A stretch of 64,000 bases of DNA from an uncultured delta proteobacterium (GCA_963769935.1 CAVYNY010000011.1:224001-288000), one strand, 5' to 3'. Counted from the first letter of the stretch, positions 53,120 to 63,153 are shown. The notes: a model not told the origin generated them from the sequence alone. Made by a program: numbers and translations.

Positions 53120-54079
53120 CTACTTTTTATTTGGATATACATTGTAAAAAGCCTCGACCACCTTTTGCGGATGGATAGCTGCCAGGCACTGCGAATCATT
53201 GCAATTGGCCTGATCGGTTTCAAAACACGGGCGGCATTCCAGCGCGGGGCGCACGATCCTTACGACCCGGCCGATCGGTGTCCAGCGGGCGGGGTCGGCC
53301 GGCCCGAATATGACCGTTGTCGGCAGGCCTAAGTAGGCTGCCAGATGGCTGGCGCCGGAATCGTTGCCGATGTACCCGCCGGCGGATTCGAGCAAAACCG
53401 CCAGTTCCGGAAGATCCTGCGGTGTGTGTACCAACCGGTGCGGGTGCTGCAGTTCAGCCGCCAGACTTTCTTCCGCCGGACCCAGGACGAATTCCGGCTT
53501 CAATCCATCATTTTTCAGCATGGTTTCCACCAGAAGGAAATTGGAAACCGGCCAGCGTTTGCGGATGCTGCCGGCGCCGGGATGCAGCAATATCTTGCGA
53601 AAATTTTGCGGGCGGTCCTTGTGAACCGGCAGCGGTACGTCATCCAGCGTTGCATCCGTGTCTTTTATCAGACCGCAGCCGTAAATCTTATCCAGTATGA
53701 ATTGCGCCACATGGATGCACTCATGGACCGGCGGTCTGGGTGGAATCCGGCAAACGGGTTTTTCCGTTACCTGGTTGAGGGATTGTTCGAGTTGACCGGA
53801 TAGTGAAAATAATACGATTTCCCCATACGGCTTCAGCAGAGCCTTTATTTTCGGATCAATTTGATGGGTGAAAAGCGAAGCCCAGCAAGCGGCTTCCAGC
53901 GGATGCCAATTTTCAGCAAGTCCCAGGGCCTTGGCCAGCTTTCCCTGCCCGCTCTGACAGAGCACATCAATAAACCGATAATAGGCTTGCAGCCGGAGGA
54001 TCGCCGGAAATGTCAGGATGAAATCCCCGATGGCACCCTGGTGGACGATGAGAAGCTTTGTATCCGCTATATTCAGCAT
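53120..54079 (-). CDS. Glycosyltransferase family 9 (heptosyltransferase-like)
   Basis: GAIGDFIL, HPGAGS..KRWP, YIGNDSGASHLAA, FGP. Confidence 0.88.
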   Translation of the reverse strand: MLNIADTKLLIVHQGAIGDFILTFPAILRLQAYYRFIDVLCQSGQGKLAKALGLAENWHPLEAACWASLFTHQIDPKIKALLKPYGEIVLFSLSGQLEQSLNQVTEKPVCRIPPRPPVHECIHVAQFILDKIYGCGLIKDTDATLDDVPLPVHKDRPQNFRKILLHPGAGSIRKRWPVSNFLLVETMLKNDGLKPEFVLGPAEESLAAELQHPHRLVHTPQDLPELAVLLESAGGYIGNDSGASHLAAYLGLPTTVIFGPADPARWTPIGRVVRIVRPALECRPCFETDQANCNDSQCLAAIHPQKVVEAFYNVYPNKK

Positions 54080-54526
54080 TCCATTTTTCCACCCCTCCAA
54101 AGGCGGATCTTCGACATTCCATTATTTTATGGGTTCTCTGAGAATTCGATTGGCAATTTTAATCCGCTTTTGTCGTTTGTCAACGGATTGTGCAAAGCTT
54201 TCTCAAATGCCAGCGTTGCGTAAATTCTATTTTTGCATCTGCAGGCCAAATTGAGCATGAGTCGCTTCATTGAGCGGCAATACCATAATCTTCGATGTAT
54301 CTGGAGAACCGTTCATGGATTTGATCGGCATCGAGTCCAAACTGAGGCCGATCAAATCCAGGCTTCAATCCCCGCGCGAGGCCGTTTAGCCACCGGACCG
54401 GCAGGGGTGCATGTATCCCGCCGAAAGTAATTTGCCTTTTAGCGGTCATATCGCTATTTTTCAGGGTCGAGTAATTAATTTAGCCTCAGCGTCCCCGGCG
54501 CCTCGGCGGAGAATTATTTCAGTTCG

Positions 54527-55465
54527 TTAGCCGGCTGATGACGCAACGCTCCTTTCTTTTAAGGTGTCGGCAACTTCCAGGGCCTGGTTCCACGTCGGGA
54601 CCCCCTGACGGCCGCCGTATTCCCGGCAGGACAACGAGGCTACCGCCACCGAAAACCTTACGGCCCGATGCAGGTCAAAGCCTCTGGTCAGGGCCAGGGC
54701 AAAGGCCGCGTGAAAATTATCGCCGGCCCCCACGGTATCGACGACCAGCACCTGCGGGGCAGCCACATGTTGGAGGGTGTCGTCGGTGATATAGTAAGCC
54801 CCGTCTTCACCGTGGGTCACGATCAGGCTGCCGGCCACCATTTCCTTTAATTTCATGATCCTTTGATTAAAGGGAACGTCTTCAAAACCCAGCTCAGCGG
54901 CTGCCAGAAATTCGGAGGACGGGATGAAATAGTCGGCCGTTTGCATGATATCTTCGATGCCCGCCCGCCACCTTTCGCAATCGTAAACGACTTGGGCGTC
55001 ACTTCCCGCAAGCTTTTTTAATTGCCCGCCCAGGTAGGTGGCCTCCGGGTCCAGCAGTACCACACCGGACTGCCGGACCAGTTCTTCGATCAGGGGGCCT
55101 ACTTTTATCTGTGGTAAGGAATTGCGTTCATAAATAATGCTGCGGGCACCGCTGCCGGCGGTAATAAATACATACGCCACCGGTGTTTTGCCGCCCTTGA
55201 CGATTTCAACAAATTCCGTGGTTACGCCGAAGTCCGCCAGGCGCTTTAAGCATAATTTGCCTTCATCATCATCGCCGAGTTTGCCCACATAGGCAACCTT
55301 GCCGCCTAAGCGCGATATGCAGCAGGAGGCCGTGCCTCCCTGGCCGCCGCCCTCGGTCAGGCGAAACTCCAGCGGCAGTTTTTGATTCTCCTGCGGAAAT
55401 CGATTCAGCACGGCAATCATATCGAGACAGCTGCGGCCGATGACCAGTACGTCGAAATTGTTCAT
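54527..55465 (-). CDS. PfkB family carbohydrate kinase
   Basis: GGGQG, GKLGDD, VDTVGAGDNF. Confidence 0.9.
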   Translation of the reverse strand: MNNFDVLVIGRSCLDMIAVLNRFPQENQKLPLEFRLTEGGGQGGTASCCISRLGGKVAYVGKLGDDDEGKLCLKRLADFGVTTEFVEIVKGGKTPVAYVFITAGSGARSIIYERNSLPQIKVGPLIEELVRQSGVVLLDPEATYLGGQLKKLAGSDAQVVYDCERWRAGIEDIMQTADYFIPSSEFLAAAELGFEDVPFNQRIMKLKEMVAGSLIVTHGEDGAYYITDDTLQHVAAPQVLVVDTVGAGDNFHAAFALALTRGFDLHRAVRFSVAVASLSCREYGGRQGVPTWNQALEVADTLKERSVASSAG

Positions 55466-55610
55466 GTTTGAAAACCGTTAATTTGTAAATTTGCCATCAG
55501 GCGACCTCCTGAGAAGCATTTCATGGGAAATTAATGTTTTTTCATAAATATATCAAGTGCGCCCGAGGCATACGTTTTAATGAACTCCAGATACGACCGG
55601 GATACGAAAT

Positions 55611-55638
55611 AAAAAAGCAGGACCATTTCTGGTCCTGC
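55611..55638 (-). terminator. Rho-independent terminator after the PEP-CTERM fragment
   Basis: GCAGGACC/GGTCCTGC stem followed by T6 on the minus strand. Confidence 0.7.
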
Positions 55639-55665
55639 CATATCCTTTAATAATTTTAATTTTTT

Positions 55666-56037
55666 TTATTTCTTAAATTTTTTTCTGCAAAGTCCCGCAA
55701 GTCCAATAAGTCCGGTACCTAAAAGCATCAGCGTTGCAGGTTCGGGAACCGGCGCAACTCTGGCTCTAAAGATGAAATCCTGGTAATCCTTGTCACTGGC
55801 GGACAAATTTAGATCTTCAAAACCAATAATATACTCGTTTGAGAATTCGAGCACTTTATAAACAACAGCTTGAGAGAGCAGGGAGTTCCCAGTAAACATA
55901 CGAGACTGCGAGGCGCCATTGGGATCAAGGTAAAACCCGAATGTTATTGGCCCGCTGAATGGCGTATCAGCTTCAGCTCCTGCTGAAGATGCACCCGCAT
56001 AAATTTCTTTGTAGTCAGAACTGTTTGTATCATACCA
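55666..56037 (-). pseudogene. 5'-truncated PEP-CTERM protein (DUF4114-like domain)
   Basis: VPEPATLMLLGTGLIGLAGLCRKK sorting signal, IGFEDL...DYQD; frame stays open to 56037 but has no signal peptide. Confidence 0.7.
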
Positions 56038-56219
56038 TCAATATTTTTATTTAAAAAATCGAGTATAAAAAAGAGTATAAAAAAATAGTAATATTTTTGG
56101 GAAAAATTTTTCCTAGGGGTGGAAAGCTGCTGGTAAAGCAAATGCAGGAATATAGTTTAACCGGGGTGCGTGCGTAATTGATCTTTTTTAGTTCCCCGAT
56201 GAATCGGCATTTCCGTTTT

Positions 56220-57059
56220 TCACCCCACCCGGTCGGTCCGGGTGATGTTAAATACGCTATATTTGCCGCTCAGGGGACATTTGAATTCCAGGGCAGTTGC
56301 GGTAAGCTGCATACCTTCAGTGTTTTTATTGCCTTCACCATAAAGCGGATCGCCCATTACCGGGAAGCCGATCATTTCAAAATGGCGGCGGATCTGGTGC
56401 TTGCGGCCGGTGCGGATAATCACATCGACCATGGTGGTGTTGGACGTCGGATCATAATCACCGGCCGTATACTCGGTTTCGGCAGATTTGCCGTCCAGCG
56501 GTATTTGAATTGTATCCTTGGTTTTTTTTTGAGCAAGGTCTCCGAGGACCTGCGCCTGGTAGTGTTTGACGATGGATCGATTCTGAAACAGGCGCGACAG
56601 TTTGCCGGCCGCCCCTTTATCATGGGCCACCAGCACGATGCCGGCTGCTTCCCGATCCAGTCGGTGAACTGGAAAAACCTGGCGTTTGTTTTTGAAAAAA
56701 AGCTCCGCCGCACGCAGCAGCGCGCAGTGATCCCCGTAGGCGGTGCCCTGGGTCATCAGGCCGGCCGGCTTGAACCACACACTGTAGCGCCTTCGATCGC
56801 TGATGCACTCCGCCGCCGGAGGCATTAACGCCAGCAGTTTTTCATCATAATAAAACGCGAGGCGATCCCCCCGCTTTATAACCGTGGTTGCCCGCCGGAT
56901 TCGATATTGTTTGCCGTGCGTCCGCTTGAGCCAGACCGCCCCCTTGTTCATGGCATCCTTAATTCGGATCTTGGAAATTCCGCTGTGCCTGGCCAGAAAT
57001 TCAACGGCCGTTTCAGGATCATCCGGCCCCACGGTTTTTTTGAGTGAAAATTTTTGCAA
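56220..57059 (-). CDS. RluA family pseudouridine synthase
   Basis: KPAGL, VHRLDREAAG, TGRKHQIRRH, GDPLYG; TTG start chosen to avoid overlap with the upstream gene. Confidence 0.85.
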   Translation of the reverse strand: MQKFSLKKTVGPDDPETAVEFLARHSGISKIRIKDAMNKGAVWLKRTHGKQYRIRRATTVIKRGDRLAFYYDEKLLALMPPAAECISDRRRYSVWFKPAGLMTQGTAYGDHCALLRAAELFFKNKRQVFPVHRLDREAAGIVLVAHDKGAAGKLSRLFQNRSIVKHYQAQVLGDLAQKKTKDTIQIPLDGKSAETEYTAGDYDPTSNTTMVDVIIRTGRKHQIRRHFEMIGFPVMGDPLYGEGNKNTEGMQLTATALEFKCPLSGKYSVFNITRTDRVG

Positions 57060-57060
57060 G

Positions 57061-58494
57061 TTACTGTTCGATCTCCGGCAGCGCTGCCAGTACATTGGCG
57101 ATAAACTCATTTGAATTCCAGGACTTGCGATGGGAGGTAGCGCCAAATCGAACCAGCACGAGCTTTTTGGAGGGTATTATGATAACTTTTTGCTCCTGAA
57201 ATCCGAGGGCTGCAAACGCATCCTGCGGCGCGCCGGGCCATCTTCGATCCCCAGGATCCGAGGGCGATCCGGCGTTCAACCAAAAAAGAGCGCCGTACTC
57301 CCCCCGGGGGGCCTGCGGCGTGGGCGTGGTGGAATATCTCACCCAGCCCTGCGGGAGAATCCTCTCCCCCTGCCAGACGCCGTCCTGAAGGTACAGCTGA
57401 CCAAATCTGGCCCAGTCCCGCGGGGTTGCAAATGTGTAAGACGAGCCTACAAAGGTACCGGATGAGTCCGGTTCCATAACCGCGCTGTACATGCCTATCG
57501 GGTAAAATAATTTGGTGCGCATAAAAGTATAATACTGCGGGTAGCGCTTTTCAGCGGTCTGCCGGACGATACGGGCAATAATATTGGCCGTGCCGCTGGA
57601 ATAATTCCATTTGGCGTCGGGTTTTGCTTCCAGTGGTTTGCCGGCGGCATAGGCCGCAAAATCATAGCTTTCGTATAACATGCGCGTCGTGTCGTCAGGC
57701 GGCAGGTAGCGCTCTTCGAATTCAAGCCCGGAGCTCATGCGCAGCAGTTGATCGAGGGTGATTTCCCGACGGGGATCGCCTGCCTGTTGCCATTCTGCTA
57801 CCGGGGCCGGCGCCTTGATGTCCAGCTGCCCGTTTTTTACTTGGATTCCGATCAGCGCATTGGTCACACTTTTGCTCATCGACCAACCCAGCAGCGGCAT
57901 ATCTTTATCAAAGCCGGGGGCGTATCGTTCGGCGGCCAGCCGTCCGTCATATACCACGATGACGGCCCGCGTTTTTCTCGGATGAGCAGGTCCCGGTTCG
58001 GCAAAGGCGGCATCCAGGGCTTTTTGCAATTTAGCGGGGTCAATGCCCAGGGAGGCGGGATCCACCGGCCCCCGGCTGCCTGCGGGCCAAGGTAAATCAT
58101 CCCGGCGAGCGGGTTGGACATCATCGGCGGCCTGTTTGTAAAAAGTTTGTCGGCGCATTTTTTCCTGGGTGGCCCCGATAACCAGGGAACACCCGCAGCC
58201 GTCACGGTAGATAGCCGTTGCGGTGAAAAGGCCGAAATAATCTGCGCTGACGGATTTTTGTTCGCGGTTCACCGTCCACTCAACAGGTTTAAGCAATGGA
58301 TTCAGCGGGGCAACATCCTCCGGATACACGATATCCGGATTGCGCTTCGATATGAAGGTGCTGGAGCAAAGGTACTTCGCGGTATAACCTGCCCCGACGG
58401 GCAGCGCTTGGCTTAAAAACCAGGCAAACGCGCCAAGAGCCACGATCAGAATGCCTCCGATACCGAGCAGAACTATTTTCAACCAGCGCTTCAT
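57061..58494 (-). CDS. Serine hydrolase (beta-lactamase family C-like)
   Basis: WSMSKS (SxxK), LLRMSSGL, YSSG, RDWARFG; GGAGG RBS. Confidence 0.88.
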   Translation of the reverse strand: MKRWLKIVLLGIGGILIVALGAFAWFLSQALPVGAGYTAKYLCSSTFISKRNPDIVYPEDVAPLNPLLKPVEWTVNREQKSVSADYFGLFTATAIYRDGCGCSLVIGATQEKMRRQTFYKQAADDVQPARRDDLPWPAGSRGPVDPASLGIDPAKLQKALDAAFAEPGPAHPRKTRAVIVVYDGRLAAERYAPGFDKDMPLLGWSMSKSVTNALIGIQVKNGQLDIKAPAPVAEWQQAGDPRREITLDQLLRMSSGLEFEERYLPPDDTTRMLYESYDFAAYAAGKPLEAKPDAKWNYSSGTANIIARIVRQTAEKRYPQYYTFMRTKLFYPIGMYSAVMEPDSSGTFVGSSYTFATPRDWARFGQLYLQDGVWQGERILPQGWVRYSTTPTPQAPRGEYGALFWLNAGSPSDPGDRRWPGAPQDAFAALGFQEQKVIIIPSKKLVLVRFGATSHRKSWNSNEFIANVLAALPEIEQ

Positions 58495-59036
58495 GATGGC
58501 CTCCTTTAATTTAAGGATAGAATGACCGGGTAATATAGAAGAACAACCAATGGATGTCAAAGGGCATATTGTACCCTATAATCTCATAAAATGTTGCATT
58601 TGAGCTAGGCTGTTCCAACGAAGACCATTGGCATTATGGATTGATCCTGGCCTTCGGCTCGTAGAGCCTACGCCTCGGAGAGATATTGGTTTCCAGTCTT
58701 CGCCCTTTCAGAGCTTCGGCCCGGCAAGCTGGATACTGGATGTTTCCTGGATCTCATTCCGGGTGCATTCCTGAATATCCAACCAAAAAGCGACAAATAC
58801 CGCCATGCTCCTGAGGGACAGGCCTCTTTCCCGTCCCAAAAAATCTGCCATCCGCCATTCGCAATCTGCAATCGAAACGTTTTCTTATTGACAATTTTCC
58901 ATCCATAAGCCATAAGGAAACAAGTTCATGATTTAGGTGGTTTCCATCACCCTCATCTTATAAATCCTCTCGAGGAATCCAAGCCGGACGGCAAATAATA
59001 TTCCTTGATAGAACCAGAGGAGCCACGGACCTTGGC

Positions 59037-59065
59037 GGCAGAGTCAGTAGTGACTCTGCCTTTTT
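59037..59065 (+). terminator. Rho-independent terminator
   Basis: Perfect 10-bp stem GGCAGAGTCA-GTAG-TGACTCTGCC plus T5. Confidence 0.75.
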
Positions 59066-59227
59066 AATTGGGAACCGCATAAATCGTTTCGCCCATGTGT
59101 CTGCGGTGTTCGGCAGGTTTCGCCTTATGCGGCGGTTTTAAATTCAAGAAGCATTGCGCAAATAGGCGGGTAAACAGGACGCTGGGCACCATTCATTCTA
59201 TAACAAATGTTAGAAGGAGTTTTTGAT

Positions 59228-59431
59228 ATGCCGGAAGGTACAGTAAAGTGGTTTAATAAGAAAAAAAATTACGGATTTATCGCATCCGAAGATCAGGAAG
59301 AAGTTTTCTTTCATGGCTCCCAAATTGTCGACCATGGTTTTTTTGGTTTGACCAACAATGATAAGGTTAGCTTTGAAATCAAAGAAACCCAAAACGGGCG
59401 CCAGGCGGTTAAGGTAAAGGTGACCAGTTAA
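59228..59431 (+). CDS. Cold-shock domain protein
   Basis: GTVKWFN, YGFI, VFFH; AAGGAG RBS. Confidence 0.9.
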   Translation: MPEGTVKWFNKKKNYGFIASEDQEEVFFHGSQIVDHGFFGLTNNDKVSFEIKETQNGRQAVKVKVTS

Positions 59432-60075
59432 TTTTTTTTCATCAACAGCTGTTTGATTTTTTTAACGCCGTCGCCGGCGTCTTGGGCGCAAGCGTCGGCG
59501 CCGATGCGGTCGGCCCAGCGTTTAGTGACCGGGGCGCCGCCCACAATCGTTTTATACTTTTCTTTCAGGCCTGATTTTTTCAGCTCTTCTTCAAGCTCCT
59601 TTTGAACCACCATGGTTGTGGTCAACAGCGTGCTGCTGCCGATGATGTCGGCCTTGAATTTTTCCGCTTCTTCGATAAAACGCGCAATGGGAACATCGCG
59701 GCCCAGGTCCAGCACATCGAAGCCGTTGGCCCGCAGCAGGGCTACAACAATCGTTTTGCCGATGTCATGCATGTCGCCCTCGACGGTTCCGATGACGATT
59801 CGGCCGGCGGCGGTTTCGTGCCCCAGCGGAATGGCCGCGTTAATGATGGCGGTTGCTTTTTCCATGGCCGCCGCCGATTTTACCAGGCCCGGGATAAACA
59901 GCTTGCCGGCCCCGAAAAGATCACCGACCCGGTTGATTCCGGGGATAAATCCGTTGGCCATTAAATCCAAAGGGTCGATGTTTGCATCCAACCCCCGCCT
60001 GGCAGCCTCGGCTGCCTTTTCAACATCGCCCTGTAAAATTGCTTCAATTGCCGCCGAATATATTTTTTCTGTCAT
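59428..60075 (-). CDS. mtbC: Methylamine methyltransferase corrinoid protein (MtbC-like)
   Basis: B12-binding GTVEGDMHDIGK (DxHxxG), DLGRDVP, VGGAPVT; directly downstream of mtbB. Confidence 0.88.
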   Translation of the reverse strand: MTEKIYSAAIEAILQGDVEKAAEAARRGLDANIDPLDLMANGFIPGINRVGDLFGAGKLFIPGLVKSAAAMEKATAIINAAIPLGHETAAGRIVIGTVEGDMHDIGKTIVVALLRANGFDVLDLGRDVPIARFIEEAEKFKADIIGSSTLLTTTMVVQKELEEELKKSGLKEKYKTIVGGAPVTKRWADRIGADACAQDAGDGVKKIKQLLMKKN

Positions 60076-60130
60076 ATGCGCATCCGCTTTGTCTGAAAAT
60101 TGTCTGAAAAGTAATTTTCTCCTGAACCGT

Positions 60131-61534
60131 TCAACCTATGTCCGATTTGAACAATTCAACCGAATTAATCCTCACATCCAGCAGCTCCGCAACCTTGAGC
60201 TTGGCCCGCATGCCTTTCGGACTGCCGGCCACAGAGGTGATGATGCCGATTCCCAGGTCCTCCCTGACCTGTCGCATGACTTCCTCGTTGGTCAGGTCCG
60301 AAATTTCAACTGCCAGTTTTTTTGCCGCATACTGCTTTGCTTCGGCCAATTTCATTTTTTTGATCAGCTGCAGCCAGGCCACCAGATCTCCGGAGGTCCG
60401 GATGCCGCCCATGCCGGAAGCAAAAATATGCGCCAGGTGCATCCCGAAAGGATCGCCGACGCCAATCTACAAACCGTCGGCTTTGCCGATCTGTACCAGC
60501 GATTTCGATGCCCGGGTGACGCTGTCGATCGGCGGTGCTTCCAGCATCGGCACCCCGCCGACGCCCATGCCGACGTTTACATGCACCGGTATATCGACCG
60601 CCGCCACGGCCGCTTTGACGAATGTCAGGCTGCGGGCGATGTTCCAGGCCGTGGACTGATTCGTGTTGGTGCCGACGGCCACCCCGAAGATGCTGGCACC
60701 GGCGGCTTCGGCCATGCGGGCCTGGTCGTGGGGGTACATTCCGGCCAGCTGCCGGCCGTTAAAGGTCATCTCGCCGTGCATCCCCAGAACAAATTCGCCC
60801 GCACCGCCCAGAATGATCGGCATGTCCGGCGCCGCTTTTCTCAAATCACCGACGGCTTGCAGCGCTGCTAAAAAATCGGCATCGCCCGCCGAACCGGCCG
60901 TATCGAAGTTGAGGCCCTCACAGCCGATGCGATCAAGTTTTTTGCCGACGAAAACCAGATCCTGGCGCAGCTGGGCGGCGGCGGCCTCCTGGACCTCCTG
61001 GGCTTCTTTGATTTTGCCCCCGGCCAGAAGATCGGCCGGATTTTGGTGGGGACCGTCCGGTTGAAAATATAATCCCATGTTGGGCTGGGCCCCGTACAAA
61101 AACGGAGCTGTGGTCATCATGGAAATCGTGTAGTACTCATTCATCTCGGAATTGACGATGGGTTTAACCGGTTTGAAGCTGTAATCGCTGTGGCCCATGG
61201 AGGTCGTATCCGCCGCACAGGCCCGCTCATAGGTCAGGATCGCCTGCATGCGGCTCATGGATACGCCGACACCGCCGCTGTCCTGCCCGGAATAAAAACT
61301 CATCGAGCAACCGTCATCCGTGACAATCACCTCCCGACCGGGTTCGACACTGACGGCCCGGGACGGCTCGGCCAGGATATCAAAGAGTGCTTCCATCTCG
61401 TCGGGGGTGAGTTCGGGAATTTCAGCACGCTGCGCCGCTTCCCGGCTGGCGGCCTGAATATCTTCCTTAACCTCTTCGGATGCCATCAAAACCCGCTCGC
61501 CGTCACCCATCCGGATTATAATTTTATCCTTCAT
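60131..61534 (-). CDS. mtbB: Dimethylamine:corrinoid methyltransferase, 467 aa with pyrrolysine at in-frame TAG (codon 356, 60467-60469)
   Basis: RMGDG N-terminus, DYSFKPVKP, YGAQPNMGLY, GMGVGGVPM; ADGL-[TAG]-IGVGDPFGM continues in frame to TGA at 60131; GGGAGA RBS. Confidence 0.93.
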
Positions 61535-61723
61535 TGGCAGATTCTCCCGTTTTTCCAATATTCCAACGTTCCACCACTCCAATAAGATTGCCTGGTAAAA
61601 CGCTTTCTAACAAAGGGGTATCTGAAAATCAATACCAACCTTGATTTGACGACAATTTAAACAATGCCGGGGTTGACATACCCGCTATGGAAAAGGTAAT
61701 TAGAGAGCACTTCAAGACTCAGC

Positions 61724-61797
61724 GGGGGGTGGATCGATAGGAGATCGCGTGGACTCTAAATTCACGTAGCTCGGTGCGACACCGTGACCTCCCGCCA
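61724..61797 (+). tRNA. pylT: tRNA-Pyl (anticodon CUA at 61756-61758)
   Basis: Acceptor GGGGGGT/ACCTCCC + G + CCA; D stem GATC/GATC; 6-bp anticodon stem CGTGGA/TTCACG with loop CTCTAAA; 3-nt variable loop; no TTC in the T loop. Confidence 0.93.
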
Positions 61798-62036
61798 CTG
61801 TTGGTTCTTGACAACACGTCCTCATATAGGGTGTTGAAGTTATGACATTTATGCAAAAACTTTTTCCACCACGAAAACACGAAATTTATCTTATCCTCTT
61901 TTCGTGTTTTCGTCCTTTCGTGCTTTCGTGATTAATTTGTCTTTATTAGTTCCGGCTAGTCCGGGGAGGTATTAAAAATGGATTTCATCCTTTTCATCAA
62001 ATAACCAATAACCGTTTGTTCAACCGGGGGATAATT

Positions 62037-62879
62037 TTGCAAACAACCTGGACCGCAATCCAGCATGCCCGCCTGATAGAACTAGCCGCCGATGAATGCG
62101 AGCTCAATATGCAATTTGACGGCGCGGCCGGGCGTGACAAGGCTTTTCAACAATTGGAAAGGCAGCGGGTTAAGATACAACGACAGAAGCTCCAGCAATT
62201 GCGCGCTGGTTATCGGCGGCCCGGACTGTGCCGGCTTGAAAGCCGCCTGACGGAAGTCCTGGTCCAAAACAATTTCGTGCAGGTGGCCACACCGACCATA
62301 CTTTCCAAAGGACTGTTGGCCAGAATGTCAATTGATGACGACCATCCGTTGGCCTCACAAATATTCTGGCTGGACAAGGACCGATGTCTGCGGCCGATGC
62401 TCGCGCCGCACCTCTATTATGTTTTAAAAGACCTTTTAAGGCTGTGGGAGAAGCCGGTGCGCATATTTGAGATCGGATCATGCTTTCGCAAGGAATCTCA
62501 GGGTGCCCGGCATTCCAACGAATTTACCATGCTCAATCTGGTAGAGATGGGCCTTGCCGAGCAAAAACGGCAGGCCAGGCTTGAAGAAATGGCAGCCCTG
62601 ATAACAGCGGCCGCCGGTGTGGATGATTATATTATTCAAGCGGAAAGTTCCGCAGTTTACGGTGAGACCATTGACATTCTGGCCGGTGAGAAGCGGTTGG
62701 AAATCGGGTCTGCCGCCATGGGGCCGCATGTCCTCGATCAGGCCTGGCAAATCACGGATGCCTGGGTGGGCATCGGTTTTGGACTCGAGCGCCTGCTGAT
62801 GGCGGCGGAAAAGAGCGACAGTCTGGGGAAAATGGGCCGAAGCCTGGCCTATCTTGATGGTATTCGGCTGAATATTTAA
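62037..62879 (+). CDS. pylSc: Pyrrolysyl-tRNA synthetase, C-terminal catalytic subunit
   Basis: CLRPMLAPHLY, IFEIGSCFRKESQG, EFTMLNLVEMG, VYGETID, WVGIGFGLERLL; TTG start after GGGGGA. Confidence 0.93.
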   Translation: MQTTWTAIQHARLIELAADECELNMQFDGAAGRDKAFQQLERQRVKIQRQKLQQLRAGYRRPGLCRLESRLTEVLVQNNFVQVATPTILSKGLLARMSIDDDHPLASQIFWLDKDRCLRPMLAPHLYYVLKDLLRLWEKPVRIFEIGSCFRKESQGARHSNEFTMLNLVEMGLAEQKRQARLEEMAALITAAAGVDDYIIQAESSAVYGETIDILAGEKRLEIGSAAMGPHVLDQAWQITDAWVGIGFGLERLLMAAEKSDSLGKMGRSLAYLDGIRLNI

Positions 62880-63037
62880 TCGTTCATGGTTCATAGTTGA
62901 TAGGCTGAGGGCATTGAAGTTCGCAGGTTATAGCTCATAGCTGATAATCGGAAGGTATTGGCGCTCATAGCTCACAGCTCATAGTCTTAGCTGAATCGAT
63001 TTAAAAAGAAAAAACTTAAAAAATGCGCAGCATAAAT

Positions 63038-63134
63038 TAATTAATCCGCCGCACCCGTGAAAAAATTATATCCTTCAGTTATCAAAGAACAATTTAAAAC
63101 TTTGATAGTGCTATTCTTCGGGGCGGATTAATTA
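63038..63134. mobile_element. 97-bp MITE-like element, copy 3, between pylSc and pylSn
   Basis: Perfect 13-bp TIR TAATTAATCCGCC/GGCGGATTAATTA. Confidence 0.65.
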
Positions 63135-63153
63135 GTATGGAGAGCTACTAGCT

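Noticed and set aside
54267..54449. 60-aa ORF whose end (QFGLDADQIHERFSRYIEDYG) recalls sulfotransferase C-termini
   Set aside because: Resemblance is from memory over a short stretch; cannot be supported without a search
58915..58955. Fluoride riboswitch-like GGTGATGGA..CACC on the minus strand
   Set aside because: Lacks the second hairpin and the conserved 3' motif, and no fluoride-related gene follows
60131..60442. Separate 103-aa ORF, or mtbB as a nonsense pseudogene
   Set aside because: It is the in-frame C-terminus of MtbB after the amber codon, and the Pyl decoding genes are adjacent
60430..60466. PYLIS-like hairpin downstream of the mtbB amber codon
   Set aside because: Only a weak ATCC/GGAT stem is visible and it can be explained by the GDPFG coding sequence
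59612..60871. 419-aa plus-strand ORF and the many other long antisense ORFs in the track
   Set aside because: Shadow frames of well-supported genes on the opposite strand; no recognisable motifs
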